A stretch of DNA of 63,921 bases, the filler included, from Acidimicrobiia bacterium (lineage in GTDB: Bacteria; Actinomycetota; Acidimicrobiia; Spongiisociales; SHLN01), in the NCBI GenBank assembly GCA_041619515.1. It is 4 parts of 4 records of this genome, joined end to end, with 100 filler letters (N's around TTAATTAATTAA, not from the genome) between each part and the next. Parts side by side here need not be neighbours in the genome. Positions count along the whole stretch, not along the records: positions 1 to 19,556 come from JBFKDW010000057.1; 3 more parts are not named here. One strand, given 5' to 3'. Of this stretch, positions 1-13,570 are shown piece by piece. Below the pieces are notes generated by a model. That model searched no databases, was not told where the DNA came from, and saw nothing but the letters and a program-made list of their open reading frames with translations. How positions within the stretch are numbered: the first letter of the stretch is position 1; every line of letters starts with the position of its first letter. Both the position numbers and the translations under genes were made by a program.

Positions 1-180
1 CCGGCGCTGCAGGCCGACGGCGGCGACCTGGTGCTTCTCGGCGTCGACGAAGGCACCGTCAACCTCCAGATGGTTGGTGCCTGCGGCGGCTGCCCCATGT
101 CGATGATGACCCTCAAAGCGGGCATCGAACGCATCATGTTCGATCGTGTCGCCGGCGTGACCGAAGTCAACGCCATCTAG
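1..180 (+). CDS. NifU/NfuA-family Fe-S carrier, 3' part (5' end outside window)
   Basis: Frame 1 reads PALQADGGDLVLLGVDEGTVNLQMVGACGGCPMSMMTLKAGIERIMFDRVAGVTEVNAI*; has the DGGD and GACxxCPMS Nfu signature. Confidence 0.9.
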   Translation, partial: PALQADGGDLVLLGVDEGTVNLQMVGACGGCPMSMMTLKAGIERIMFDRVAGVTEVNAI

Positions 181-200
181 GTTCTAACCTCAGCCGGGCT

Positions 201-1136
201 GTGTCCGGCTTCGATGACTTACTTCCCGCTGCCATCGCCGGAGACCGCCGCGCCCTGGCCCGCCTGCTGACCATCGTCGAGCGGGGGGGCGAAGAGGCGC
301 TCGCCCTGCTGGCGGCGGTGTTTCCGCGTACGGGCGCCGCCCACGTCGTCGGCGTGACGGGCCCGCCGGGTGCCGGGAAGAGCACACTCGTCAACGCCAT
401 GATCGGGCACATCCGGGCCGAAGGCTTTGAAGTGGCCGCGCTGCTCGTCGATCCGTCCAGTCCTTTCAGCGGGGGTGCCATCCTCGGCGACCGAATCCGG
501 ATGCAGGACCGTGTCTCGGATCCGGGCGTGTACGCCAGGTCGATGGCAAGCCGTGGCCGGCTCGGCGGCGTCTCGGCGGCCGCGCCCAAGGCCGTGGTCC
601 TGCTCGATGCTGCCGGGTTTCCCTATATCGTGCTGGAGACCGTCGGTGTCGGGCAGGCGGAGGTCGACATAGTCGAGAGCGCCCACACGACCATTGTCGT
701 GCTCAATCCCGGGTGGGGCGACAGCATTCAGGCTGCCAAGGCCGGCTTGCTCGAAATCGGCGACGTGTTCGTGGTCAACAAGGCGGACCGACCGGGGGTG
801 GAGTCGACGGTGGCCGACTTGAACCGCATGCTTCACGATGGCCCGCAGCGCGACTGGACACCGCCGGTGATGACGACGACCGGTCCCTCCGGGGCAGGCG
901 TCGCCGAGCTGTGGGATGCCGTCAAACGCCACCAGCGGTATCTGGCGTCGGGGCCGGGAGCCGAAGGCGAGCCTCGTCGCATCGAGCGAGAGCTTCGCGC
1001 AGCCATGGTCGAGGCCCTGCGGCGTCGCACCGAGCGGGCCGTCGACCAGGCTGCCATCGATGCGGCCGTGGCCGACATCGTTGCCCGGCGCCTGGACCCG
1101 TGGACCGCCGCCGGGCGGCTCCTGGGCGCTGAGTAG
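201..1136 (+). CDS. meaB: MeaB/ArgK methylmalonyl-CoA mutase-associated GTPase
   Basis: GPPGAGKST P-loop, VDPSSPFSGGAILGDRIRM, ETVGVGQ, NKAD. Confidence 0.95.
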   Translation: MSGFDDLLPAAIAGDRRALARLLTIVERGGEEALALLAAVFPRTGAAHVVGVTGPPGAGKSTLVNAMIGHIRAEGFEVAALLVDPSSPFSGGAILGDRIRMQDRVSDPGVYARSMASRGRLGGVSAAAPKAVVLLDAAGFPYIVLETVGVGQAEVDIVESAHTTIVVLNPGWGDSIQAAKAGLLEIGDVFVVNKADRPGVESTVADLNRMLHDGPQRDWTPPVMTTTGPSGAGVAELWDAVKRHQRYLASGPGAEGEPRRIERELRAAMVEALRRRTERAVDQAAIDAAVADIVARRLDPWTAAGRLLGAE

Positions 1137-1145
1137 TCTCTCGCT

Positions 1146-1907
1146 ATGAGCCTCGTCGCCTTCACCACCGACGGAAACGTCGGCATCATCCGCCTCGACC
1201 GGCCCCCGGTCAATGCGCTCAATCAGGATCTGGTGTCGGATCTCGCCGGTGCGATCGAACAAGCCGCCCACCCGAGCCTTCGAGCCGTGGTCATAGCCGG
1301 TGGCGACCACTTTGCCGCCGGGGCCGACATCAAGGAGTTTGGGGCCGTGCTCGAAGCGGGTGGCCAGGACGAGCTTGGGGCGCGCCTGGGCTCGACGGTG
1401 TCACGGCTCGAACAGCTCGCCAAGCCGACCATTGCAGCCATTACCGGCTTTGCGCTCGGCGGTGGGCTCGAGCTGGCGATGGGCGCCGATTTTCGATACC
1501 TGGCCGAGGACGCCAGGGTGGGACAGCCCGAGATCAAACTCGGCCTCATTCCCGGGGCCGGCGGCACCCAGCGGCTGGCCAGGATCGTCGGGTGGCAGAG
1601 AGCCAAGGAGCTGGTCCTGTCCGGGCGCATGGTCGACGCCGCCGAAGCGGCTTCCCTCGGCCTGGCAGACAAAGTGCTTCCGAGCGACGAGGTGGTGGCT
1701 ACCGCGGTGGCAGACGCCGCCCGCTGGGCGGCCGGGCCGACCCGGGCGATTGCCGCTGCCAAGGCGGCCATGCTCTCGGGTTTCGATCTTCAGCCCGGCC
1801 TGGAGGCGGAGCTGGCTTCCTTCAGGGACCTGTTCGCCAGCAACGATGCCCGGGAGGGGGTGGAGGCCTTCGTCGAGAAGCGAGATCCGGGATTTACCGG
1901 AAGCTGA
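1146..1907 (+). CDS. Enoyl-CoA hydratase/isomerase
   Basis: FAAGADIKE, ALGGGLELA, GQPEIKLGLIPGAGGTQRL crotonase motifs. Confidence 0.93.
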   Translation: MSLVAFTTDGNVGIIRLDRPPVNALNQDLVSDLAGAIEQAAHPSLRAVVIAGGDHFAAGADIKEFGAVLEAGGQDELGARLGSTVSRLEQLAKPTIAAITGFALGGGLELAMGADFRYLAEDARVGQPEIKLGLIPGAGGTQRLARIVGWQRAKELVLSGRMVDAAEAASLGLADKVLPSDEVVATAVADAARWAAGPTRAIAAAKAAMLSGFDLQPGLEAELASFRDLFASNDAREGVEAFVEKRDPGFTGS

Positions 1908-1942
1908 GGTGATGTGAGAACCTCCTCCGGGCCGGCCGCCTG

Positions 1943-2179
1943 ATGTTCACCAGTGGAGGCGCCGGTGATCCGATGCCGTTTGGTGCTGATGTGTTCCTGG
2001 CCATCCTGCTGATCGCGGCAGGGCTCTTCCTTGCTGTCGTGGGGCGCCGGGCCGGCAAAGGCCGGCTCGGTCGCAACTACCTGGTGGGGATCCGCACGAC
2101 CCTCACCCTTTCCTCGGACGCCGCCTGGGACGCCGCCCATCGGGCGGCGGAGGAAGTCGGCACCAAACAACCACACTGA
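1943..2179 (+). pseudogene. SdpI/YfhL-like membrane protein, apparently C-terminally truncated
   Basis: One TM helix followed by RNYLVGIRTTLTLSSDAAWDAAHR (SdpI-like motif); stops before the expected further TM helices. Confidence 0.55.
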
Positions 2180-2217
2180 TCTGCCCCAGCACGGCCGGGA
2201 TCCAATAGGATCATCCG

Positions 2218-3347
2218 ATGCTTTACCTCGATCATGCCGCCACTACTCCGATGCGGCCCCAGGCCTGGGAGGCTATGGAACGTGTGCGCGACACGTTCGG
2301 CAACCCTTCCGGGGTTCACGCCGTGTCGCGAGCGGCCAAGAACTCCCTCGAGGAGTGGCGGGAGCGGGCGGCGCAGCTGCTTGGGGAAGCAAGCCCGTCC
2401 GAGGTCGTCTTCACCGGCGGCGGGAGTGAGTCCGACAATCTGGCCGTGATCGGAGCGGCCCTGGCCGCCGGCGCTGCCGGGCACGTGGTGGTGAGCGCCA
2501 TCGAGCACAAAGCCGTGCTGGAATCGGCCCGGTTTCTCGAACGTGTCGGCGCCCGGGTCTCTCGCATCCCGGTCGACCGCAGCGGCGTAGTTGATCCGGA
2601 TGCGGTGGCCGCAGCGGTTGACCCGGAGACCTCAGTGGTCTCCGTGATGCTGGCCAACAACGAGACCGGGACCGTGCAGCCGGTTGCGGACATCGCCGCA
2701 GCCGTGAAGGCCGCCAATCCGGGCGCCCTCGTACATACCGACGCGGTGCAGGCCTTCATATCCCGGGACATCGACGTAGCGGCGCTCGGTGTCGACCTGC
2801 TCTCGCTGGCTGCCCACAAGTTCGGCGGTCCCAAGGGTGTCGGCCTGCTCTACGTTCGCGACGGCGTTCGCCTGGAACCCCTCGTCCACGGCGGCAGCCA
2901 GGAGATGGGGCGACGGGCCGGGACGCAGAACCCGATGGGTGTCGCCGCCATGGTGGCGGCGATGGAGGCCTCCGCCGCCGACCGAACGGGATTTCGGGAG
3001 CGGGTGGGCGCCATGCGGGATGCGTTCGAAGCGCGGCTGTCGGAGTCGGTGCCCGGGCTGCGGGTCAACGGTGCAACCGGCGAGCGGCTCGTCCAGCACG
3101 CCCACCTCGGGTTCCCCGGCCAAAACTCCGAAACGCTCCTGATCCGGCTGGACGGCGGAGGCCTCGCGGCCGCTGCTGGTTCGGCATGCCAGAGCGGAGC
3201 GGTGGAAGTGTCCCACGTGCTGGACGCCATGGGCATGGGGGAGAGGGAGGCTGCCGAGTCGGTTCGGTTCAGCTTCGGCTGGACCAGCCAGCCCGACGAC
3301 GCCCCCCTGGCGGCCAAGATCGTCCTCGGAGTGCTCGAGGAGCTGTC

Positions 3348-3351
<4 letters not shown>
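2218..3351 (+). CDS. iscS: Cysteine desulfurase (IscS/NifS-like)
   Basis: YLDHAATTP, HTDAVQA, AHKFGGPKG (PLP Lys), GSACQSG; directly upstream of mnmA. Confidence 0.95.
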
Positions 3352-6993
<3,642 letters not shown>

Positions 6994-7011
<18 letters not shown>

Positions 7012-8478
7012 CACCACCTCCGGCGTCGAGACGACGGTGCTCCATTCACCCGAGCGCAGCAAATCCTCGAGAGTGGCGGCGGCGTAGGCGAAGCCCGTAA
7101 CCCGTCTCGGATCGATGACAACCCACTCGACATCCCCGGCCGGCGGTTCGTACGGAAAGCCGGGAGGACCGTAGTCCAGCTCCCGGAAGGGGTTGGGAAA
7201 GCGGTAGATCCCGGTTCGGTGGGCGAGGTGTACGGCCAGGGTGCTCTCGGCGGAGACGACATCGTCCGGGCCGATCCGCGCCAGGGCGGCCTCGATGGCG
7301 CCGGCGTCGTGAATGCCGCCCCAGGCGGCCTTGTCCGGTCCGGGGCCAAGGCCGAGGAACGCAGCCACTGCGACCACTCCCACCGCCAGCACATAGCCGG
7401 TGCGGTTGGCGCGCGCTTGGAGCCAGCGAGCCCCGAAGACGGCGGCAATCCCGACCACGGTCAGCAGGTACACCGTGTAGTGGTAGCGGATATCGACCTG
7501 GTAGAAGTGGGTGGACAGCATGTTGGCCAGCGTGATGGGGACCCCCATCAGCAGGATGACGGGGGCGGCCAGGCCGGTCGGCGCGGTCAGCACCATGTCG
7601 CGCAGGTACACGAGCGCTTCCGATCGGGTGGCGTCTTCCAGCACCGACCCGGGGTTGGTGACCGCGCCGCCGATGATCCCGAATGCGCTGGAGCCGTAGT
7701 CGGGGTAGCGCCCGGTATACAGGACCTCACCGGTGGGCGAGAACAGCGGCAGCAGCACGAGGAAGTTGAGGGCGAAGGTGGCTGTGCCCAGGCCTGCCAT
7801 CACCAGGCCGGGGGCTGTCAGCCGGAAGCGCCAGGCCACCCACAGGCCGAACGGGACCACCAGCAGGGCGACGTCCTCCTTGGCCGTCAGCGCCAGCGCC
7901 ACCAGCCCTACCGCCCACCAGGGACGCCGGTCGAGCACCAGCACCAGCGCGCCCAGCAGGAGGGGCATCACGAGTAGCTCCGGATGGAAGTTGTCCCAGG
8001 TCGCCCAGCGCATCGCCGGATGCACCAGGAACGCCAGCGAGATGGCGGTGGCCAGCACCGGTCGCACGCCGATGCGCCGGGCGATGGCGTACAGGAGGGG
8101 CGCGGCCACGGCGAGCGCCACCACCGTGACCGACAGCAGCACCTGGGGCTCAGCTCTGATCCAGTAGAGCGGCGCCAGCAGGACCATGAGATACGACGAA
8201 TGGTCGGCGAACAAGTTGAGGCCCCGCAGGGTCACAAACGGGTCGTCGAAGCGACTGAGCAGCCACAGGCCCTGGTCGAAGATGCCGAAGTCAAAGGTAT
8301 ACACCCCGAAACGGTGGTAGCGCGAGACGATGAGCCCCGTATGAATCGCCGCGAACACCGCGGCACCACCCCACACGACTGCCCGGAACAGGCCGTCGGT
8401 GGCCGGGACCTTGCCGTTCCGCAGACGGCGGACGAGAGAGATGGATGGAGCGGTCAAAGATCCCCGTATCTTCGGCAC
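6994..8478 (-). CDS. DUF2079-like multi-pass membrane protein (GT-C glycosyltransferase-like)
   Basis: DFGIFDQGLW, FADHSS, NFHPE, KED, YHY motifs with many TM segments. Confidence 0.75.
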
Positions 8479-8482
8479 CCGG

Positions 8483-9349
8483 TTACCTTCCGGGCAGGTC
8501 TCCCAGAAAGTCTAAGAGAAGTTCGTTTACAGTCGCGGGGCGCTCCTGTTGGGTCCAGTGCCCGCACCGATCGACGATCTCGACCCGGAGGCTCGGCACC
8601 CACCGGTCCATGCCCTCGGTCAGCTCCACGGGCAGCACCGGGTCGGAGTCGGCCGCCACCATCAACGTCGGCACGGTCACCGGCGCATTCGCCAGATGGG
8701 CGGTGGCGGCGTGGTTGGCATCGATGTTTCGGTAGTAGTTGGCGGGGCCCGCGAGAGTGCCGGTGCTGAACGCGCGCAGGTACACCCCGAAATCTCCCGC
8801 CGACAGGAAGTCGGGATTCGCCGCAGCGCTCCGGTAGAAGCCGGCCAGTTTCGCAGCCGGATCCGAGGCGAACCATGCCTCGGCAACGCCGGGCTCCTGC
8901 AGCATGAGAACGTAGCCGAACCGGTCGCTCAGATGCCGGCGGATGTAGTCGATGGTGGGAAACGCCGAGCACCACCCCCGGTACGGCACGTTGAGGGACA
9001 CGAGCCGTTCGACTCGATCCGGGTACAGCAGGGCCGTCGTCCAGGCGATGATCGACCCCCAGTCATGCCCGACCAGCGCCACCCTGTCGTGCCCGAGCGC
9101 GTCGATCAGGCCGACAACGTCTTCTACGAGAGTGAGCAGCCCGTAGGCCTCGACTTCGAGCGGCTTGTCCGAGCGGCCATAGCCCCGCAAATCCGGCGCG
9201 ATTGCGCGAAAACCCTCCGATGCGAGAGCCGGCAGCTGGTAGCGCCACGAGAAACCCAGCTCGGGAAAGCCGTGCAAGAAAATGGCCGGGTACCCGGATC
9301 CCTCCTCGGTGACGGCCAGCTCGATTCCGTTGGTCGCTATGCGCCTCAC
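8483..9349 (-). CDS. Alpha/beta hydrolase, epoxide hydrolase type
   Basis: HGFPE, GHDWGS, NYYRN, GHWTQQE. Confidence 0.92.
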   Translation of the reverse strand: MRRIATNGIELAVTEEGSGYPAIFLHGFPELGFSWRYQLPALASEGFRAIAPDLRGYGRSDKPLEVEAYGLLTLVEDVVGLIDALGHDRVALVGHDWGSIIAWTTALLYPDRVERLVSLNVPYRGWCSAFPTIDYIRRHLSDRFGYVLMLQEPGVAEAWFASDPAAKLAGFYRSAAANPDFLSAGDFGVYLRAFSTGTLAGPANYYRNIDANHAATAHLANAPVTVPTLMVAADSDPVLPVELTEGMDRWVPSLRVEIVDRCGHWTQQERPATVNELLLDFLGDLPGR

Positions 9350-11154
9350 CCGGCCTCGATTCCCAGAGCTGCCTCCGCGTCATCGAGGGTCTGCCCTCCT
9401 GCCAGTACCGGGGCGAACAGGTCACCAACGGTGTCGAGCCGCTCCCAAATGGTTGCGATGGTGAACATGTCGGGTGTTACGTCCGCGAGCTCGGCCCACG
9501 AGAGCGGGGTTGACACGGGAGCGCCGGGAAGCGGTCGCACCGCGTAGACCGAAGCGATCGTCTTGCCCGCCACATTCTGATTGTGGTCGACGAACACCTT
9601 GCCCTTCCGGGCCGGGATGTCCCACTGCATCGTCACGTTGTCCGGATCGGCTGCCACCATCAGGCGGCCGACGGCCTCCACGAACCGGCGCACCCGTGCG
9701 TAGGGGAGGGCCGCCTCCAGGGGCACGTAGATGTGTATTCCGGTGGCGCCTGAGGTTTTTGGATACCCCCGCAGGCCGAGTCCGTCGAGCGCCACCTTGA
9801 TATGCAGGGCGGTATCCACCACCTGATCCCAGCCGGCTCCCTCGGCGGGGTCCAGGTCGAATATCGCAAAGTCGGGCTGGTCCACCGTGTGCACTCGCGA
9901 CAGCCACGGGTGGATCTCGATGCAGGCCATGTTGGCGAACCACATGAGTGAGGGCCGATCGGGAGCCATGCAGAATTCGATGGCACCTCCCCGCACGTCG
10001 GAGTGAATCGGTGCCACCGGCATCCAGTCGGGCTTGTGGGATGGTGCCTGCTTCTCGTAGAAGAAGTCGCCGGCCGCGCCGTCGGGAAACCGGGCCATCA
10101 CGATGGCCCGGTCGGCGAGGTGGGGGAGCAGAGTGGGTGCGATGGAGGCGTAGTACTGGATGAGGTCGCCTTTGGTGTATCCATCGGGGAAGAAGGGCTT
10201 GTCGGGGTTGGTGATCCGCAGTGGTCTGCGGAGCCGGGCGGGGCGATAGTCGCCTGCGTCGGCGACGATTTCGATCGCCCGGGGGAACTCGATCACCCCG
10301 GACGAAAGGGGCCGTGCGTTGGCAATCGGAGCCTGGAGTGATTGCACGGCCGTGGCGACGTCCTTCCACACCGCCTGGTGGCTGGCATCGTCCCGAGATT
10401 CGGAGACGATGGTGAGGTCGAGGTCGAGCTCGTCGGCTGCTTCGATGACCGGCTCCACCGGGTTGGAGCCCTCACCGTAGGGGATGTGGCGGATCTCCCC
10501 ACCCGGCCCGAAGGCATTGTGGCTGTAGTGGGTGTGGAGGGGCTGCAGCTTCCAGGCCGGGAATTGATCGATGACGAAGGCGTACACCGAGCGGACCGCC
10601 TCGACATCGGTCAGCCGTCCGTTGGTGGTGGCGTGCACGTGGGCCCAATCGACGACGGGCCGGACCCAGGTGAAATCCGCTGCCAGCAGCGCAATGTCGC
10701 CCAGGTTCCCGAATGCGTTGGCGGTGCCGGTCGTTTCCAGGCCGAGGGCGACGTCGAGATGACGAATCTTCGGTTCGATCGACTCGAGGGCTTCGAGGGC
10801 GCTATCCAGCAGCCGGACGGATTCGCGGTCCCTGTCGTGGCCGGGGTGCACGACCACGATGGAGGCGCCGAGCCGCCCGGCCAGCTTCATGGAGTGTTCG
10901 ACTGCCGCCCGTGTCCTGCTATTGCGTTCGGGCTCTTCGACGGTGAGCATTGCGAAGTAGGGCGCATGAACCGAAAGGGCGATGTTCCGCTTGGCGGCCA
11001 GCTTCCCGAACGAGGCGCAGCGGTCCTCCTTCCACGGGAACCCTTTCGTGAAGGCGAGCTCCAAGGCAGTGTGTCCCCGGCGGGCCAGGTCGTCGAGGAA
11101 CGCCGCATCGTCTTGATCGCCGGGAAGCGTCGAAATGCCGAAGGAGACCGTCAC
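9346..11154 (-). CDS. Fusion of endonuclease IV-like TIM barrel (N-terminal) and LigD/Prim-Pol polymerase domain (C-terminal)
   Basis: N-half: SVHAPY, VVHPG, ETTG, DWAHVHA, HTHYS, GEIRH, SES. C-half: TNPDK, TKGDLIQYY, RFPDG, FDLDP, KTSGATGIH, DHNQN, PVSTPLSW. Confidence 0.9.
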   Translation of the reverse strand: MTVSFGISTLPGDQDDAAFLDDLARRGHTALELAFTKGFPWKEDRCASFGKLAAKRNIALSVHAPYFAMLTVEEPERNSRTRAAVEHSMKLAGRLGASIVVVHPGHDRDRESVRLLDSALEALESIEPKIRHLDVALGLETTGTANAFGNLGDIALLAADFTWVRPVVDWAHVHATTNGRLTDVEAVRSVYAFVIDQFPAWKLQPLHTHYSHNAFGPGGEIRHIPYGEGSNPVEPVIEAADELDLDLTIVSESRDDASHQAVWKDVATAVQSLQAPIANARPLSSGVIEFPRAIEIVADAGDYRPARLRRPLRITNPDKPFFPDGYTKGDLIQYYASIAPTLLPHLADRAIVMARFPDGAAGDFFYEKQAPSHKPDWMPVAPIHSDVRGGAIEFCMAPDRPSLMWFANMACIEIHPWLSRVHTVDQPDFAIFDLDPAEGAGWDQVVDTALHIKVALDGLGLRGYPKTSGATGIHIYVPLEAALPYARVRRFVEAVGRLMVAADPDNVTMQWDIPARKGKVFVDHNQNVAGKTIASVYAVRPLPGAPVSTPLSWAELADVTPDMFTIATIWERLDTVGDLFAPVLAGGQTLDDAEAALGIEAG

Positions 11155-11157
11155 GGC

Positions 11158-11559
11158 TCACCGGACCCGAAATGTCCAGCTGTAGGATCCCGGGTCGGGG
11201 AGGCCGATCGCCCGATCCCATTCGATCCGGACGGTGTGAGTGCCGGGAGTCCAGGTCTCGAGGAACCGGCCCGGTGCCGGCTCCCACACATGCCGATTGG
11301 TGCCTGTTTGGACCCTGACCTCCGATTCCGAGATGCGGATGTCATCGACGAACAGAACGATCTCGTAGCCGACCTGCATGTCGATTTCGAGCGAAGCCTG
11401 GCGAATCACCGAGTCGTTCGGGCGCGGGAAGAGCCCCTCAACCTGCTCCGGCAGCGGAGAGGGAGTGCCGCTCGGGCTCAGCGCCACCGCGAAGCCGACC
11501 ACCGCCACCAGCGCCAGGGCGAGCGCGGTATAGATGAGCCGGTAGTTGGTGTCTTTCAT
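11158..11559 (-). CDS. Exported/membrane-anchored protein with a beta-sandwich-like domain, function unknown
   Basis: N-terminal hydrophobic helix, PGTHTVRIEW...YSWTF; TATCAT -10-like box 8 nt before ATG at 11559. Confidence 0.7.
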   Translation of the reverse strand: MKDTNYRLIYTALALALVAVVGFAVALSPSGTPSPLPEQVEGLFPRPNDSVIRQASLEIDMQVGYEIVLFVDDIRISESEVRVQTGTNRHVWEPAPGRFLETWTPGTHTVRIEWDRAIGLPDPGSYSWTFRVR

Positions 11560-11624
11560 CGACCGGGATGATACGGGAGGTGGCGTGGTTGTCACCCCCA
11601 GCGCCGCGGGTAACGTTGCTGCCC

Positions 11625-12767
11625 ATGGAGCTGAATCCGATCCTCGAAGCCATGGGGGGGTACCCCCTGGCTGAGATTCAGATGCGAGCCCGCACCCTGC
11701 GGGAGGCGGGCAAGCCGCTCATCGACTTCTCGATCGGCGATCCGCGCGAACCGACGCCCGCCTTCATCCGGGAGGCGCTCATGGATGCGGTTCCCGTCGT
11801 GTCCCAGTATCCGACAACCCGGGGCCTGGACGAGCTGCGCCGGGCCATCGCCGGCTACCTGGAGCGGCGCTTCGGAGTGGCGGTTGATCCCGTGACGCAG
11901 ATAATTCCGACCACCGGATCGAAGGAAGCGATCTTCCACACACCGTTTGCCTTCGTCGAGCCGGGCTCGGGGCGGAGCGTCGTCTTCGGCACGCCGGGCT
12001 ACCCGGTCTACGAGCGCGGAGCCCTTCTGGCGGGTGCCCGCCTGGATCCGATCACGCTGACGGGAGATTTCGTGCTGCGGGCCTCCGACATCGATGATGC
12101 CACCTGGGCGAGGGCCCGTCTCGTGTGGTCGTGCTCACCGCACAATCCGACCGGCGCCGTCACCAGCCTCGATGAGCTGGCGGGGCTCCTCGAGCGTTCC
12201 CGGGAGCACAATGCCCTGTTTCTTTCCGATGAGTGCTACGTCGACCTGTACGACGACGACCCACCCGGCTCGGTGCTGCAGGTGGCAGGGCCGGATCTCA
12301 CCGGCACCCTCGCCTTCTATAGCTGCTCGAAACGCTCCGGCATGACCGGGTATCGCAGCGGTGCCATCATCGGCGACGCAGATGCCATCGCCGCGCTGGT
12401 GGCGCTGCGCTCCAGCGCCGGAGTGGCGCCGGCCGAGTTCGTACAGGCGGCTGCCATCGCCGCCTGGTCCGATGACGCCCATGCCAAGGAACGCCGGGCG
12501 ATCTTCGCCGCCAAGCGGACGGTGCTCAGAGAGGCCTTCTCGCAGCTGGGGCTCCCGGTCGTCGCTTCTACCGCTGCGCTCTACCTGTGGGTGGCCGTGG
12601 CGGACGATCTCGCCGTCGCGAGCCGGTTGCTCGAGCGGGGAGTCGTCGTGTCCCCCGGCCGCGCCTTTGGAGGGGGAGGCGAGGGGTATATTCGGCTTGC
12701 CCTGGTTCCGACCCTCGAAGAATGCGAGCAGGCAGTGGACGTGCTGGTGGAGTGCCTCAGCCCATGA
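11625..12767 (+). CDS. dapC: Succinyldiaminopimelate aminotransferase (class I/II)
   Basis: PHNPTG, SDECY, SCSKRSGMTGYRSG; heads a cluster with dapD and dapE. Confidence 0.85.
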   Translation: MELNPILEAMGGYPLAEIQMRARTLREAGKPLIDFSIGDPREPTPAFIREALMDAVPVVSQYPTTRGLDELRRAIAGYLERRFGVAVDPVTQIIPTTGSKEAIFHTPFAFVEPGSGRSVVFGTPGYPVYERGALLAGARLDPITLTGDFVLRASDIDDATWARARLVWSCSPHNPTGAVTSLDELAGLLERSREHNALFLSDECYVDLYDDDPPGSVLQVAGPDLTGTLAFYSCSKRSGMTGYRSGAIIGDADAIAALVALRSSAGVAPAEFVQAAAIAAWSDDAHAKERRAIFAAKRTVLREAFSQLGLPVVASTAALYLWVAVADDLAVASRLLERGVVVSPGRAFGGGGEGYIRLALVPTLEECEQAVDVLVECLSP

Positions 12768-13570
12768 CCGATCGGGCCCTCATCGAAGCGGCCTACGCCG
12801 ACCTGGATCGCTTGGGCGAGGCCCGGGAAGCGGTGGAGCGGACCATCGCCGCCCTCGACTCTGGACGGTTGCGAGTGGCCGAGAAGGTCGAAGGGGAGTG
12901 GGTGGTCAACGCCTGGGTCAAGGAAGCCATCATGCTCTATTTCCGGCTGTCCGAGGTGCGGACGATCGAGGCTGGACCATTCGAGTACTTCGACAAGATC
13001 GCCACCAAGCACAGCCTGGCGGAGGCAGAAGTGCGGGTTGTGCCTCCCGGCACCATCCGCTACGGAGCCTTCTGTGAGCCGGGCGTCGTGGTGATGCCGG
13101 GCTACGTGAACATCGGCGCCTACGTTGGGTCCGGAAGCATGGTCGACACGTGGGCGACGGTGGGCTCGTGTGCCCAGATCGGCCGTGACGTGCACCTCTC
13201 CGGCGGCGTCGGCATCGGCGGCGTGCTCGAACCTCCCGGTGCCCGACCGGTCATCATCGAGGACGGTGCCTTCATCGGAAGCCGCTCGATTGTGGTGGAG
13301 GGAGTGCTGATCGAGGAGGGGGCAGTGCTCGGGGCAAACACCACGATCACGTCGAACACGCCCATCATCGACGTCACCGGCCCCGAGCCGGTGGAGATGC
13401 GCGGACGAGTCCCGGCCGGAGCGGTCGTGCTGCCCGGGACTCGCCCCAAGCAGTTTCCGGCGGGAACGTACGACCTGCAGTGTGCCCTCATCGTTGGCGC
13501 TCGCTCCGCATCGACCGATCGGAAGACCTCGTTGAACGACGCCTTGCGAACCTTTCAGGTACCTGTGTGA
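12764..13570 (+). CDS. dapD: Tetrahydrodipicolinate N-succinyltransferase
   Basis: VNIGAYV, MVDTWATVGSCAQIG, HLSGGVGIGGVLEP. Confidence 0.96.
   Translation: MTDRALIEAAYADLDRLGEAREAVERTIAALDSGRLRVAEKVEGEWVVNAWVKEAIMLYFRLSEVRTIEAGPFEYFDKIATKHSLAEAEVRVVPPGTIRYGAFCEPGVVVMPGYVNIGAYVGSGSMVDTWATVGSCAQIGRDVHLSGGVGIGGVLEPPGARPVIIEDGAFIGSRSIVVEGVLIEEGAVLGANTTITSNTPIIDVTGPEPVEMRGRVPAGAVVLPGTRPKQFPAGTYDLQCALIVGARSASTDRKTSLNDALRTFQVPV

Noticed and set aside
12764..13570. E. coli-type DapD as a recent horizontal transfer
   Set aside because: Embedded in an overlapping dapC-D-E operon with ordinary composition; no sign of recent acquisition
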